From: Minisyncoccota bacterium
Lineage (GTDB): Bacteria > Patescibacteriota > Minisyncoccia > Phycocordibacterales > JACRKE01
Direction: 5' to 3'
NCBI GenBank assembly: GCA_041660505.1
Contig: JBAZWG010000001.1
Span: 179,979-243,978, forward strand
DNA length: 64,000 bases
Shown: piece after piece, positions 55,840-64,000 of the stretch
Position numbering within the stretch: the first letter of the stretch is position 1
Layout of the letters: each line of letters opens with the position of its first letter
Position numbers and translations under genes: made by a program
The notes under the pieces: model-generated
What the model was told of the DNA's origin: nothing
Databases searched by the model: none
Seen by the model: the letters and a program-made list of their open reading frames with translations, nothing else

Positions 55840-57924
55840 CTACTCCAATACCCGCAAGATGAAGGCATACTCGAAGGCCAGTTCACGTAGAGCGTTGTAA
55901 CGGCCTGATGGACCGCCGTGGCCGGCTCCTAGGTGAGTTTTTAACAAAATAACGTTGTCATCGGTTTTAAGGGCGCGGAGTTTGGCGACCCATTTGGCCG
56001 GCTCCCAATAAGCGACGCGGGCGTCGTTCATCCCGCCGAGGACGAGCATATGCGGGTAGGCCTTTGCCTCAAGATTGGTGTACGGCGCGTAAGATTTGAT
56101 GTAGTCAAAGTAGGCGCGCTCGTTCGGATTGCCCCATTCTTCATATTCACCTACAGTCAGAGGTAGGGATGAATCCATCATCGTGTTAAGACTGTCGACG
56201 AATGGCACATGTGCCACGACGGCACGGAAGAGCTCCGGTCGCAGATTGGCTACAGCGCCCATGAGCAAGCCCCCAGCACTACCGCCAGCCGCGATCAACT
56301 TTTCCGGTTTAGTGTATTTTCTTTTAATCAACTCTTCAGCAGAGGCGATAAAGTCGAGAAAAGTGTTTTTCTTTTTTAGAAATTTGCCTTCATGATACCA
56401 GCGCCGGCCAAGCTCACCTCCCCCGCGCGGGTTGGCGAAGGCCATAACATAACCGCGATCGGCAAGCGAGAGCCTCGTCGAAGAAAACCATAAATCGTAC
56501 GAAATTCCATAAGCACCGTAAGCCGTAAGCAGTGTCGGGCTAGCTCCATCTTTTTTTATGAGCGCGGTTTTATAAAAAATGGAGACAGGAACTTTTGTCC
56601 CATCGTGAGACGTCGCGTCGAAGCGTTCTACTGTATATAAAGATGAGTCATAACCGCCGACGACTTCCTCCTGCTTGCGTACGGTGCGTTCGTGAGTGCG
56701 CATATCATAATCATACACAGTTGACGGTGTGCGCAGTGACGAGTAGGTGAAGCGTAAAGTTTCCGAGTCATATTCCGGATTACTGCCGACACCAAAGGCA
56801 TAAGAAGCATCGTCGAAAGTAATGTCGCGCCAGCTCTTCTTCTCCAGATCATAGATCTTTAGGAATTGCAGGCCGTGTTTGCGTCCTTCGAGAACGATGA
56901 AATTTTTAAAGGCATCTACATCGTTAATCGTCACGTCGTCATTATGCGGGACGAATTCCACCCAAGAACTTTTCGGCGCGTCGAAGCTCTTCGCAAAAAG
57001 GACTTTAAAGTTTATTGCGTTCTCGTTGGTGATAATATACACACCCGCCTCATGATGCTCTACATCGTACTCTATATCCTGCGCGCGCGGTATAAATACA
57101 GAAAATTTCTCTTCCGGTTTATCTGCATCCATGTATTGCGTCTCGCTCGTTGTATAGCCGTCGGAATTAATAAAGAGATATTTCTCGCTCCGGCTCTTCG
57201 ACACATAGGTCACGAAGCGTGAATCTTCTTCTTTATATATAAGCGCACCAGCCTCATTCCCGAGTTTGCGCCGATGTATCTCCGCCGGGCGCTTGGTCTC
57301 ATCAAGTACGGAATAGAAATAAGTTGCGTTATCATTTGCCCATTCGAAGTTCGCAGCGACACCAGTTACGGTATCGGCAAACAGTTCGCCTGTCTCTAAA
57401 TTCTTGAAATATAAAGTGTAGATTTCGTCACCTGAAGTATTAACGGCGTAGGCCAGAATTTTATGATCCGGCGAGACTGATAATGTGCCGATAGAAAAGA
57501 ATTCGTGATCTTTCGCCAGTTCATTCTCATCCAAAAGAATTTGCTCTACTTCACTATCAATCGGTTTACGACAGTAGACGGGATACTGCTTGCCTTCTTC
57601 GGTGCGTAAGTAGTAATAAAAAATATCTATTCTTTCGGGCACCGACATGTCTGTTTCTTTAATCCGGCCGAGCATCTCTTTATATAATTTCGTCTGTAGC
57701 TCTTTGGTCTCTGCCATCACCGCATCGGCGTATGAATTTTCTGTCTTGATATATTTAAGCGTATCGGGGTCGTTAATATCCTTAAGCCAGTTATATTTGT
57801 CCTCATATTTTTCGCCATGATAGTCATGAGCAAAATCCAGCCGTTTGGCGACCGGTGGCGTAATCCCCTTTTTCACGTATTCCGAAGTGCTGAACATAGT
57901 TTTGTTATTATACCACAAAATCAC
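55840..57924 (-). CDS. S9-family serine peptidase (prolyl oligopeptidase / oligopeptidase B-like)
   Basis: Beta-propeller N-domain plus a catalytic domain with nucleophile motif GGSAGG and Asp/His downstream. The start may be at an internal Met (MFSTSEY). Confidence 0.8.
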   Translation of the reverse strand: MILWYNNKTMFSTSEYVKKGITPPVAKRLDFAHDYHGEKYEDKYNWLKDINDPDTLKYIKTENSYADAVMAETKELQTKLYKEMLGRIKETDMSVPERIDIFYYYLRTEEGKQYPVYCRKPIDSEVEQILLDENELAKDHEFFSIGTLSVSPDHKILAYAVNTSGDEIYTLYFKNLETGELFADTVTGVAANFEWANDNATYFYSVLDETKRPAEIHRRKLGNEAGALIYKEEDSRFVTYVSKSRSEKYLFINSDGYTTSETQYMDADKPEEKFSVFIPRAQDIEYDVEHHEAGVYIITNENAINFKVLFAKSFDAPKSSWVEFVPHNDDVTINDVDAFKNFIVLEGRKHGLQFLKIYDLEKKSWRDITFDDASYAFGVGSNPEYDSETLRFTYSSLRTPSTVYDYDMRTHERTVRKQEEVVGGYDSSLYTVERFDATSHDGTKVPVSIFYKTALIKKDGASPTLLTAYGAYGISYDLWFSSTRLSLADRGYVMAFANPRGGGELGRRWYHEGKFLKKKNTFLDFIASAEELIKRKYTKPEKLIAAGGSAGGLLMGAVANLRPELFRAVVAHVPFVDSLNTMMDSSLPLTVGEYEEWGNPNERAYFDYIKSYAPYTNLEAKAYPHMLVLGGMNDARVAYWEPAKWVAKLRALKTDDNVILLKTHLGAGHGGPSGRYNALRELAFEYAFILRVLE

Positions 57925-59152
57925 CTCCTTGATAAGCCCTCAAAAACTGTGATTTATGGTCTAAAAATGTGTCATTCAAAATAGACTGCCTGATATTTTT
58001 TACTAAGTTAACAAAGAAAAATAAATTATGAATAGAGGCTAGTGTGTACGCAATCAGTTCGTTGGCTCTGAATAGATGCGCAAGATAGGCGCTGGTATAA
58101 TGCTTGCAGGTGTAGCAGACGCAGTCTGGTTCTATCGGCGTTAAGTCTGTTCTATACTTTGCATTCAACACACTGATACGGCCTTGCTTGGTGTACAGCG
58201 CGCCATTGCGCGCTTCTCGCGTGGGGCTGACACAATCGAAAGTGTCGACGCCGTTTTCGACACCCAGGAATAAATCTTCTACTGCGCCTATGCCAAGCAA
58301 ATGTCGCGGTTTATCTTCGGGCAAGATTTTATTCACCCAGCTCACTGCCGTACCCATATCTGCTTTATCAAATGATCCACCGATGGCATAGCCGTCGAAA
58401 TTCATGGAACTAATTTTCTTTGCGCTTAACTCTCTTAAATCCTGATGCCTACCTCCCTGAACTATTCCAAATAAAGCCTGCGGATTTTCTAAGGTTAAAC
58501 CTTGGGCATCTAGAAGGTTTAACCTTCTATGCTCGGCAAGACTTCTTTCAGCCCAGCGATGCGTTCTTTCTAATGACTGTTTCTGATACTCATATGATTC
58601 GGTCGGTGAGGTGCATTCGTCGAAGGCGAGGATAATATCAGCGCCCAAGTCGTGCTGGATCTGCATCGACTTCTCTGGTGTGAAGAAATGTTTAGAGCCG
58701 TCTATATGCGAGCGGAACTCGACGCCGTCTTCGGTGATTTTTACGAGAGATTCTTTTGGTACCGATAAGGTTGAACCTTTTGGATGCTCAAGGTTCAACC
58801 TTCCTGGTTCAGAATTCAAAATTTTCCCAATCCCTTTGCCGAAGCTCGCACCTAGTGAGAACACTTGGAATCCGCCCGAGTCGGTAAAGGTCGGCCCCGG
58901 CCAATTCATGAATTTATGCAAGTCGCCGGCTTTTTTAACGAGCTCACTCCCCGGTTGTAGATATAAGTGATAGGTGTTGGCGAGCACAGCATCGGCTCCA
59001 AGCTCTTTTACTTGTTCTGGTAGCAACGCCTTAATCGTCGCTTTGGTGGCCGGCGCGATGTATGACGGCGTCAGGATGTCGCCATGCGAAGTAGAAATAA
59101 CTCCCGCTCGCGCGAGAGTATTCTTGAGTTTCTTTTCGATACGGAAGTTCAT
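57908..59152 (-). CDS. tgt: queuine tRNA-ribosyltransferase
   Basis: ORF trimmed to MNFRIEKK so that it does not overlap the gyrB stop. Tgt motifs and the zinc site CVCYTCKHY...H are present. Two in-frame 36-nt hairpin insertions lie within the CDS. Confidence 0.85.
   Translation of the reverse strand: MNFRIEKKLKNTLARAGVISTSHGDILTPSYIAPATKATIKALLPEQVKELGADAVLANTYHLYLQPGSELVKKAGDLHKFMNWPGPTFTDSGGFQVFSLGASFGKGIGKILNSEPGRLNLEHPKGSTLSVPKESLVKITEDGVEFRSHIDGSKHFFTPEKSMQIQHDLGADIILAFDECTSPTESYEYQKQSLERTHRWAERSLAEHRRLNLLDAQGLTLENPQALFGIVQGGRHQDLRELSAKKISSMNFDGYAIGGSFDKADMGTAVSWVNKILPEDKPRHLLGIGAVEDLFLGVENGVDTFDCVSPTREARNGALYTKQGRISVLNAKYRTDLTPIEPDCVCYTCKHYTSAYLAHLFRANELIAYTLASIHNLFFFVNLVKNIRQSILNDTFLDHKSQFLRAYQGGDFVV
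58490..58525. repeat. AAGGTTAAACCTT-N10-AAGGTTTAACCTT hairpin inside tgt
   Basis: Perfect 13-bp stem. It is in frame and encodes RRLNLLDAQGLT. Confidence 0.8.
58767..58802. repeat. AAGGTTGAACCTT-N10-AAGGTTCAACCTT hairpin inside tgt
   Basis: Perfect 13-bp stem. It is in frame and encodes GRLNLEHPKGST. Confidence 0.8.
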
Positions 59153-59153
59153 G

Positions 59154-61199
59154 CTAGACATCGAGATTGGCCATCTTGGCGTGAGTCTGGATAAATAATT
59201 TGCGCGGTGGCACCTCGGAACCCATAAGCATATCGAAGGTCTGGTCGGCCTCTTCGGCATTCTCAATAGTCACTTGCTTAAGTATGCGCTTGGCCGGATC
59301 CATCGTGGTCTCCCAGAGCTCTTCAGGATTCATCTCTCCAAGACCTTTGTATCTTTGCACGCGGACTTTCGGGCCTTTCTTTGTTTTTTCGGCCTCGGCT
59401 TCGTCTTCGTTCACGAGTTCCTCCCCTTCTTCTATCACCATCGCTTCGTTGCCGACGAACTTAGCTTTGTCTTCTTCTGTGTAAGCATAATTAATCTCCT
59501 TGCCTTTGGTGATTTTATAGAGTGGCGGCTGGGCGATGTAAATATATCCACCATCGATAAGCGGTTTAAAGTATCTGTAAAATAACGTGAGCAGAAGTGT
59601 GCGAATGTGCGCACCGTCAACATCGGCATCTGTTGCGATAATTACTTTATGGTAACGTAATTTTGAAATATCAAACGTCTCGGCAATGCCGGTCCCCATG
59701 GCGATTATTAGAGAACGTACCTCAACTGACGAAAGCATTTTGTCGAGTCGGGCGCGTTCTACATTTAATATTTTACCCTTCAAAGGCAAGACCGCCTGTG
59801 TCTTGCGATCGCGACCCATCTTGGATGAACCGCCTGCAGAATCTCCCTCTACGATAAACACCTCCGACTCCTCGGCACTGCGCGATTGACAGTCAGAAAG
59901 TTTGCCCGGCAAAGTCATGCCCTCCAAAGCGCCCTTGCGCAAGACACTATCCTTCGCCGCCTTGGCCGCCTTGCGAGCCTTCAAGGCCAGGATAGTTTTA
60001 TTCAACATCCCGCGAGCGTCATCTGGATTCTCCTCGAGGAACATCGCGAACGCCTCGCCGAAGACAGCCTCCACCGCCCCACGCGCTTCTACCGATCCAA
60101 GCTTAGCCTTAGTCTGGCCTTCGAATTGCGCGTCGTGAAGTTTAACGGACACAACGGCTGTGATACCCTCGCGCACATCATCGCCGGTCAGGTTATCTTC
60201 CGATTCTTTTAAGATGTTATTCTTGCGACCGTAATCGTTCAATACGCGGGTGAGCGCAGTGCGGAAGCCGGTCAAGTGTGTCCCACCTTCAGGCGTCGAG
60301 GTGCTGTTGGCATAAGTGAACTCGCGCGTCTTGATGTCGTCTATGTACTGTAAAGCACACTCGACTTGAATATCGTTAACCTCCTTCTCTATATAGAAGA
60401 CATTATTATGCACCGGCTTCTCGTGGAGATTGTAAAATTTTACCAAAGAGAGCAGACCGCCTTCGAAATAAAAAGTTTGCGAGGGTGCTTCGATATCGAG
60501 CTCTGTAAAGTATCCGACACCGTTCAAGTCCATTTTGCCTTCATATCCTCGTGCATCAATAACACGCACACGCAAGGCTTTGACGAGATATGCCTGTTGA
60601 CGAAAGTGACCGATGAGTTTGTTCCAATCAAAAATAGTTTCGGAGAATATCGCCGGATCAGGGTGGAAGGTGACGACCGTACCCTGGTGTTTGGTCTTTC
60701 CTGCCTTGCGCACGTTGTAGAGCTTCTTGCCTATTTTATATTCTTGCTCGTAAACCGTACCATCTTTATGGACCTCCACTTTCGTCCAAATAGAAAGTGC
60801 GTTCACAACAGATGCGCCTACGCCGTGCAAACCACCGGCAATCTTATAAGAGCCCTGATCAAATTTACCGCCGGCATGCAAGGTAGTCATGACCGTCTCA
60901 AGCGCCGAGACCTTGGTCTTTGAGTGTATATCAACCGGTATACCGCGGCCGTTGTCTGTTACTCTGATTTTTTCTCCCGGCAAAATGACCACCTCAATCT
61001 CATTGGCAAAGCCGCCCATCGCCTCATCGCGCGAGTTGTCGAAGATTTCTATGACGAGGTGATGCAAGCCCTCCGTACCGGTCGAGCCGATATACATGCC
61101 CGGTCGTTTCCGCACCGGCTCCAAACCCTCCAAAACAGTGATGTTCTCGGCGCTATATTCGTGACCGAAGCCTTTCTTTTTATCTTTATTTTCTGCCAT
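59154..61199 (-). CDS. gyrB: DNA gyrase subunit B
   Basis: GHKL ATPase motifs, TOPRIM (EGDSAGG) and the C-terminal GyrB tail. 681 aa. Confidence 0.95.
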   Translation of the reverse strand: MAENKDKKKGFGHEYSAENITVLEGLEPVRKRPGMYIGSTGTEGLHHLVIEIFDNSRDEAMGGFANEIEVVILPGEKIRVTDNGRGIPVDIHSKTKVSALETVMTTLHAGGKFDQGSYKIAGGLHGVGASVVNALSIWTKVEVHKDGTVYEQEYKIGKKLYNVRKAGKTKHQGTVVTFHPDPAIFSETIFDWNKLIGHFRQQAYLVKALRVRVIDARGYEGKMDLNGVGYFTELDIEAPSQTFYFEGGLLSLVKFYNLHEKPVHNNVFYIEKEVNDIQVECALQYIDDIKTREFTYANSTSTPEGGTHLTGFRTALTRVLNDYGRKNNILKESEDNLTGDDVREGITAVVSVKLHDAQFEGQTKAKLGSVEARGAVEAVFGEAFAMFLEENPDDARGMLNKTILALKARKAAKAAKDSVLRKGALEGMTLPGKLSDCQSRSAEESEVFIVEGDSAGGSSKMGRDRKTQAVLPLKGKILNVERARLDKMLSSVEVRSLIIAMGTGIAETFDISKLRYHKVIIATDADVDGAHIRTLLLTLFYRYFKPLIDGGYIYIAQPPLYKITKGKEINYAYTEEDKAKFVGNEAMVIEEGEELVNEDEAEAEKTKKGPKVRVQRYKGLGEMNPEELWETTMDPAKRILKQVTIENAEEADQTFDMLMGSEVPPRKLFIQTHAKMANLDV

Positions 61200-61257
61200 A
61201 ACGTTCAGTAATTATAGCATATTCTACCCTATTCTGCGAGTGTAAAACTATCGAATT

Positions 61258-62391
61258 TTACCGCACCTCGGCGCCGAACTGCTTCTTGGTCTCTGACTCA
61301 ACTTTGGCGTGGATAGTATCTACCTCTTTGCTCTCGAGTGTGCGCTCCATACTGCGATAGACGGTGCGGTAGGTATAGCTCATCTTGTCTGCTCCAAACT
61401 TTTCTTCATTCTCATATTTATCAAGAAGTGACACTTGCTCCACCAATTCCCCGCCGATATCGCGAATGAGATCGAAGTAATCGTTAGGCACAAATGTGGC
61501 AGGAACGACAAACGAAATATCGCGTGTGATAGGCGGATACTTACTCACCTCCACAAATTCTTGCCCAAGCTTTAGCTGCTTAGTTACCCGAGGATCATCG
61601 GACCAGAGTAAGCGGATGTCTGGCAATTTCATCGAAGCGATTGCCAAGCGTTCCATGCCGAAGCCGAAGGCCCAGCCGTGATAGCCGGTGAGCCCCATTT
61701 CGGCCAAGACGCTCTTGCGCACCATACCGCACCCGACCATCTCTATCCACTCGCCGTTGATGTTCGCCTCCATCTCGAAGCTGGGATCCGTGTATGGGAA
61801 GGTGTGATCATAGAATCTGAATTCTGTCTTCTCGCCGAAGATACTGCGAGCGATCTCGCTTAATGCGTCCTTCAAATCCTGCGGGGTTATCGTCTTCTTG
61901 TCATCAGGCGCAAGATAGAAGGCACCAATCTGGTGAAAGACGTTCATATGCTTGCGGTCTATTTCATCCTTGCGGTAAACCTTGCCGTGACAAACAGCAC
62001 CAAGCATCTCGCCTTTCGCGATGCGCGCCTTGATATCCGGATGATTAAGATAATAGTACCAGAATACGGTATCGTGCGTACGCAACACGTGGTCATCATC
62101 GACATAATAAGTATCAGACTTACTGCGCGCCGGATGCTCCGGCGGCATATTGAAGAGGTCAAAAAGAATGTGAGTCGAGACTATCTCGGGAATTTTTATA
62201 ATATCAAGACCGTTCAAGCTCTTGGTTTTGAGCGCACGCGTCACGATTTCATTAAGAGGACTCCCCAGCGTTCTAGATAAGTCAGGCATACTCAAAAAGC
62301 GCTCCATTCGCCGAGCCTCGGCGTCTGTACGCTTGCTCAACTCTTCTCGTAGTTTCTTCTCCTCGCTCAAATCTATGTTTATTTCTTGCAT
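61258..62391 (-). CDS. pheS: phenylalanine--tRNA ligase alpha subunit
   Basis: Class II motifs including FNMPPEHPAR and GFGMERLA. Confidence 0.9.
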   Translation of the reverse strand: MQEINIDLSEEKKLREELSKRTDAEARRMERFLSMPDLSRTLGSPLNEIVTRALKTKSLNGLDIIKIPEIVSTHILFDLFNMPPEHPARSKSDTYYVDDDHVLRTHDTVFWYYYLNHPDIKARIAKGEMLGAVCHGKVYRKDEIDRKHMNVFHQIGAFYLAPDDKKTITPQDLKDALSEIARSIFGEKTEFRFYDHTFPYTDPSFEMEANINGEWIEMVGCGMVRKSVLAEMGLTGYHGWAFGFGMERLAIASMKLPDIRLLWSDDPRVTKQLKLGQEFVEVSKYPPITRDISFVVPATFVPNDYFDLIRDIGGELVEQVSLLDKYENEEKFGADKMSYTYRTVYRSMERTLESKEVDTIHAKVESETKKQFGAEVR

Positions 62392-62409
62392 ATTACTTTA
62401 TCTTATTTT

Positions 62410-62484
62410 TGGAGCCGCCTCTCGGATTTGAACCGAGGACCCACGCTTTACAAAAGCGTTGCTCTACCACTGAGCTAAGGCGGC
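62410..62484 (-). tRNA. tRNA-Thr (anticodon UGU)
   Basis: Reverse complement GCCGCCU-UA-GCUCAGUGGUAGAGC-A-ACGCU-UUUGUAA-AGCGU-GGGUC-CUCGGUUCAAAUCCGAG-AGGCGGC-U-CCA. Confidence 0.9.
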
Positions 62485-62532
62485 GTAATTAGAAAATCCT
62501 AACATAATATTAGGATTTTCGGAAGCCTTTTT

Positions 62533-62579
62533 GTCGCCGAGGTGAGACCTCCGCCCTTGCTGGAGGACTCACCTCGGCG
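62533..62579. repeat. GC-rich palindromic element, copy 4
   Basis: GTCGCCGAGGTGAGACCTCCGCCCTTGCTGGAGGACTCACCTCGGCG. Confidence 0.7.
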
Positions 62580-62581
62580 TC

Positions 62582-62971
62582 TTATTCTTCGAGAGCATTC
62601 TCCTTCTGCGCGTAGGCAAGCATGAACGAAGCACCGCTTCTGTTCTCCGGCAATTCACCGCGCCCTTTTATGGCATTGGCGATTTTGGCGAAGCGTTTGG
62701 CTATTGCAGCGCTTGTCGTATAAGCCACAAGCATCACATCTTTATACGCTTGCTTGAGTGTTGGCTCTAGCTTGGTCTGCAACTGCGCGAAGAGCTTAAG
62801 ACCATGAACGTGTGCCGCCTTGGCGATAGGGCCGACGAGGTGAAGATCGTACGGCTCTTCTATTTTGCCGGTCTTAATGTGCCAGAGCTTGTTGCCGGTC
62901 ATCGCGACGAGTGCCAAAAACGACAGTAACGACGTAAAAATTAGTATTTGCATATGCCTACAGTATAGCAA
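62582..62971 (-). CDS. hypothetical secreted/membrane protein
   Basis: 129 aa with an N-terminal hydrophobic segment. No known domain. Confidence 0.35.
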   Translation of the reverse strand: MLYCRHMQILIFTSLLSFLALVAMTGNKLWHIKTGKIEEPYDLHLVGPIAKAAHVHGLKLFAQLQTKLEPTLKQAYKDVMLVAYTTSAAIAKRFAKIANAIKGRGELPENRSGASFMLAYAQKENALEE

Positions 62972-62975
62972 AAAA

Positions 62976-63569
62976 TTAAGCCTCGAGCACCTTCATTCGG
63001 GAGAACTTACCAACACGAATCTTCTCACCAAACTTCTGAGTCCCCTGCTCGATGAGCTGGGAGACCGTAATATCAGGGTTTTTTATGAATGGTTGGGCCA
63101 AGAGGGTACGCTCGGCGAAGTAGGCATTAAGCTTGCCTTCCATGATCTTAGACTTCATATCCGCTGGCTTGTCAAGCTTTTCTACCTCTTCTTTATAAAG
63201 TTCCTCGGCCTTTGCCTTCGCCTCTGCCGGAATAGAGTCGGAGTCAATATAAAGCGGATTACTTGCGGCGACGTGCATGGCTATGTCGTAGGCCAATGTC
63301 TTGAACTCGTCGTTCTTCGCGACGAAGTCGGTCTCGGTCTGGAGTTCTACCATAGCACCAACCTGCCCGCCGTGCAGATATGCCGCGATTGTGCCGGCAC
63401 CTAGGGTGCGGTCGGCTTTTTTAATGGCAATTTCCCCGCTTTTCTTTTTTAAAATCTCTATTGCCTTGTCAGAATCCCCGCCCGCTTCCTCAAGTGCCTT
63501 CTTACACTGCATGACTGAAATGCCTGTTGCATCACGCAAACTTTTGATTTGCTCTGGTGTGATATTCAT
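62976..63569 (-). CDS. tsf: elongation factor Ts
   Basis: N-terminal UBA-like ITPEQIKSLRDATGISVMQCKKAL plus the EF-Ts core. 197 aa. Confidence 0.9.
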   Translation of the reverse strand: MNITPEQIKSLRDATGISVMQCKKALEEAGGDSDKAIEILKKKSGEIAIKKADRTLGAGTIAAYLHGGQVGAMVELQTETDFVAKNDEFKTLAYDIAMHVAASNPLYIDSDSIPAEAKAKAEELYKEEVEKLDKPADMKSKIMEGKLNAYFAERTLLAQPFIKNPDITVSQLIEQGTQKFGEKIRVGKFSRMKVLEA

Positions 63570-63667
63570 AGTTTTAAATGTTAAGTTTTGAGTTTTAAAT
63601 TAATTTTTAAGATTTTCAATTTGTAAATTGAATTAAAACTTAAAAATCGAAACTTGAAACTTATCGC

Positions 63668-64000
63668 TTACTCTGCGCTTGCCAAAGTGGAGGTTGAAGG
63701 ATTTGCGAGCGTTGCTCCCGTGTGCGTAACGAGCGGCTTGGTGACGAGCTCCGGTGCCGATGCAAGACCATCCAGATATGCCGTGAGGATGCGCTTGGTG
63801 ATATATCCGATAGAAGCACGCGATGCGTCGTTAGCGGGGATAACATGGGTAACGCGAGAAATGTCGCAATCTGAACCAGCAAGGGCGATGACCGGTATAT
63901 GCATCTGTCGGGCTTCATCAACAGCAGTCACCTCTTCGCGCGGGTCGATAATATAGAGTCCAGCGGGCATGCCTTTCAAGTTAACGATGCCTGCGAAGAA
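63668..64000 (-). CDS. rpsB: 30S ribosomal protein S2 (3' part; continues beyond window)
   Basis: C-terminal S2 sequence GLYIIDPREE...IPVIALAGSDCD. The N-terminus lies past position 64000. Confidence 0.85.
   Translation of the reverse strand, partial: FFAGIVNLKGMPAGLYIIDPREEVTAVDEARQMHIPVIALAGSDCDISRVTHVIPANDASRASIGYITKRILTAYLDGLASAPELVTKPLVTHTGATLANPSTSTLASAE

Overview
The window is a gene-dense fragment (about 48-50% GC, mostly minus-strand genes) that looks like a streamlined, possibly CPR/Patescibacteria-like genome. That placement is inference from gene content only. Housekeeping genes recognised from the sequence are murI, lepA, nrdJ (class II RNR), groES-groEL, secG, rnj, pepN, dus, serS, tgt, gyrB, pheS, tsf, the rpsB 3' end, an ECF sigma factor, RidA, an MFS transporter and MgtC. 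Four clear tRNAs are present (Gly-CCC, Ser-GCU, a Ser-like tRNA with an odd ACU anticodon, Thr-UGU) plus one truncated tRNA-like fragment. An unannotated bacterial type-A RNase P RNA (rnpB, minus strand) lies in the 540-nt gap at 8282-8821.

The most striking content is two paralogous diversity-generating retroelements, DGR1 at 30197-32850 and DGR2 at 53144-55642. Each has a reverse transcriptase carrying the DGR-type [LI]GN[LV]TSQ motif and a divergently oriented Avd-like four-helix-bundle gene. Each also has a template repeat (TR) and a variable repeat (VR) at the 3' end of a target gene that ends in a C-type-lectin-like sequence. TR and VR differ only at TR adenines (minus sense): 17 sites in DGR1 and 19 in DGR2. 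In both DGRs a G9-G11 homopolymeric tract sits at the 5' end of the RT gene, between RT and avd, which suggests slipped-strand phase variation of DGR activity. A DUF4258/DUF2283 toxin-antitoxin pair abuts DGR2.

The window is also unusually rich in small palindromic repeats. There is an IS200/RAYT-type HUH transposase flanked by three copies of a 19-nt hairpin (a REP/RAYT-like module). An RPE-like element of about 90 nt has one intergenic copy and one in-frame copy inside dus. A family of 13-bp-stem hairpins (AAGGTTNAACCTT) has two in-frame copies inside tgt. A family of about 45-nt GC-rich hairpins sits at gene 3' ends. A 1.5-kb two-gene cassette (an SDR plus a wHTH-Cas2-like fusion protein) is flanked by perfect 28-bp direct repeats. 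A GC-rich gene is flanked by 15-bp inverted repeats. No CRISPR array or rRNA gene is present.
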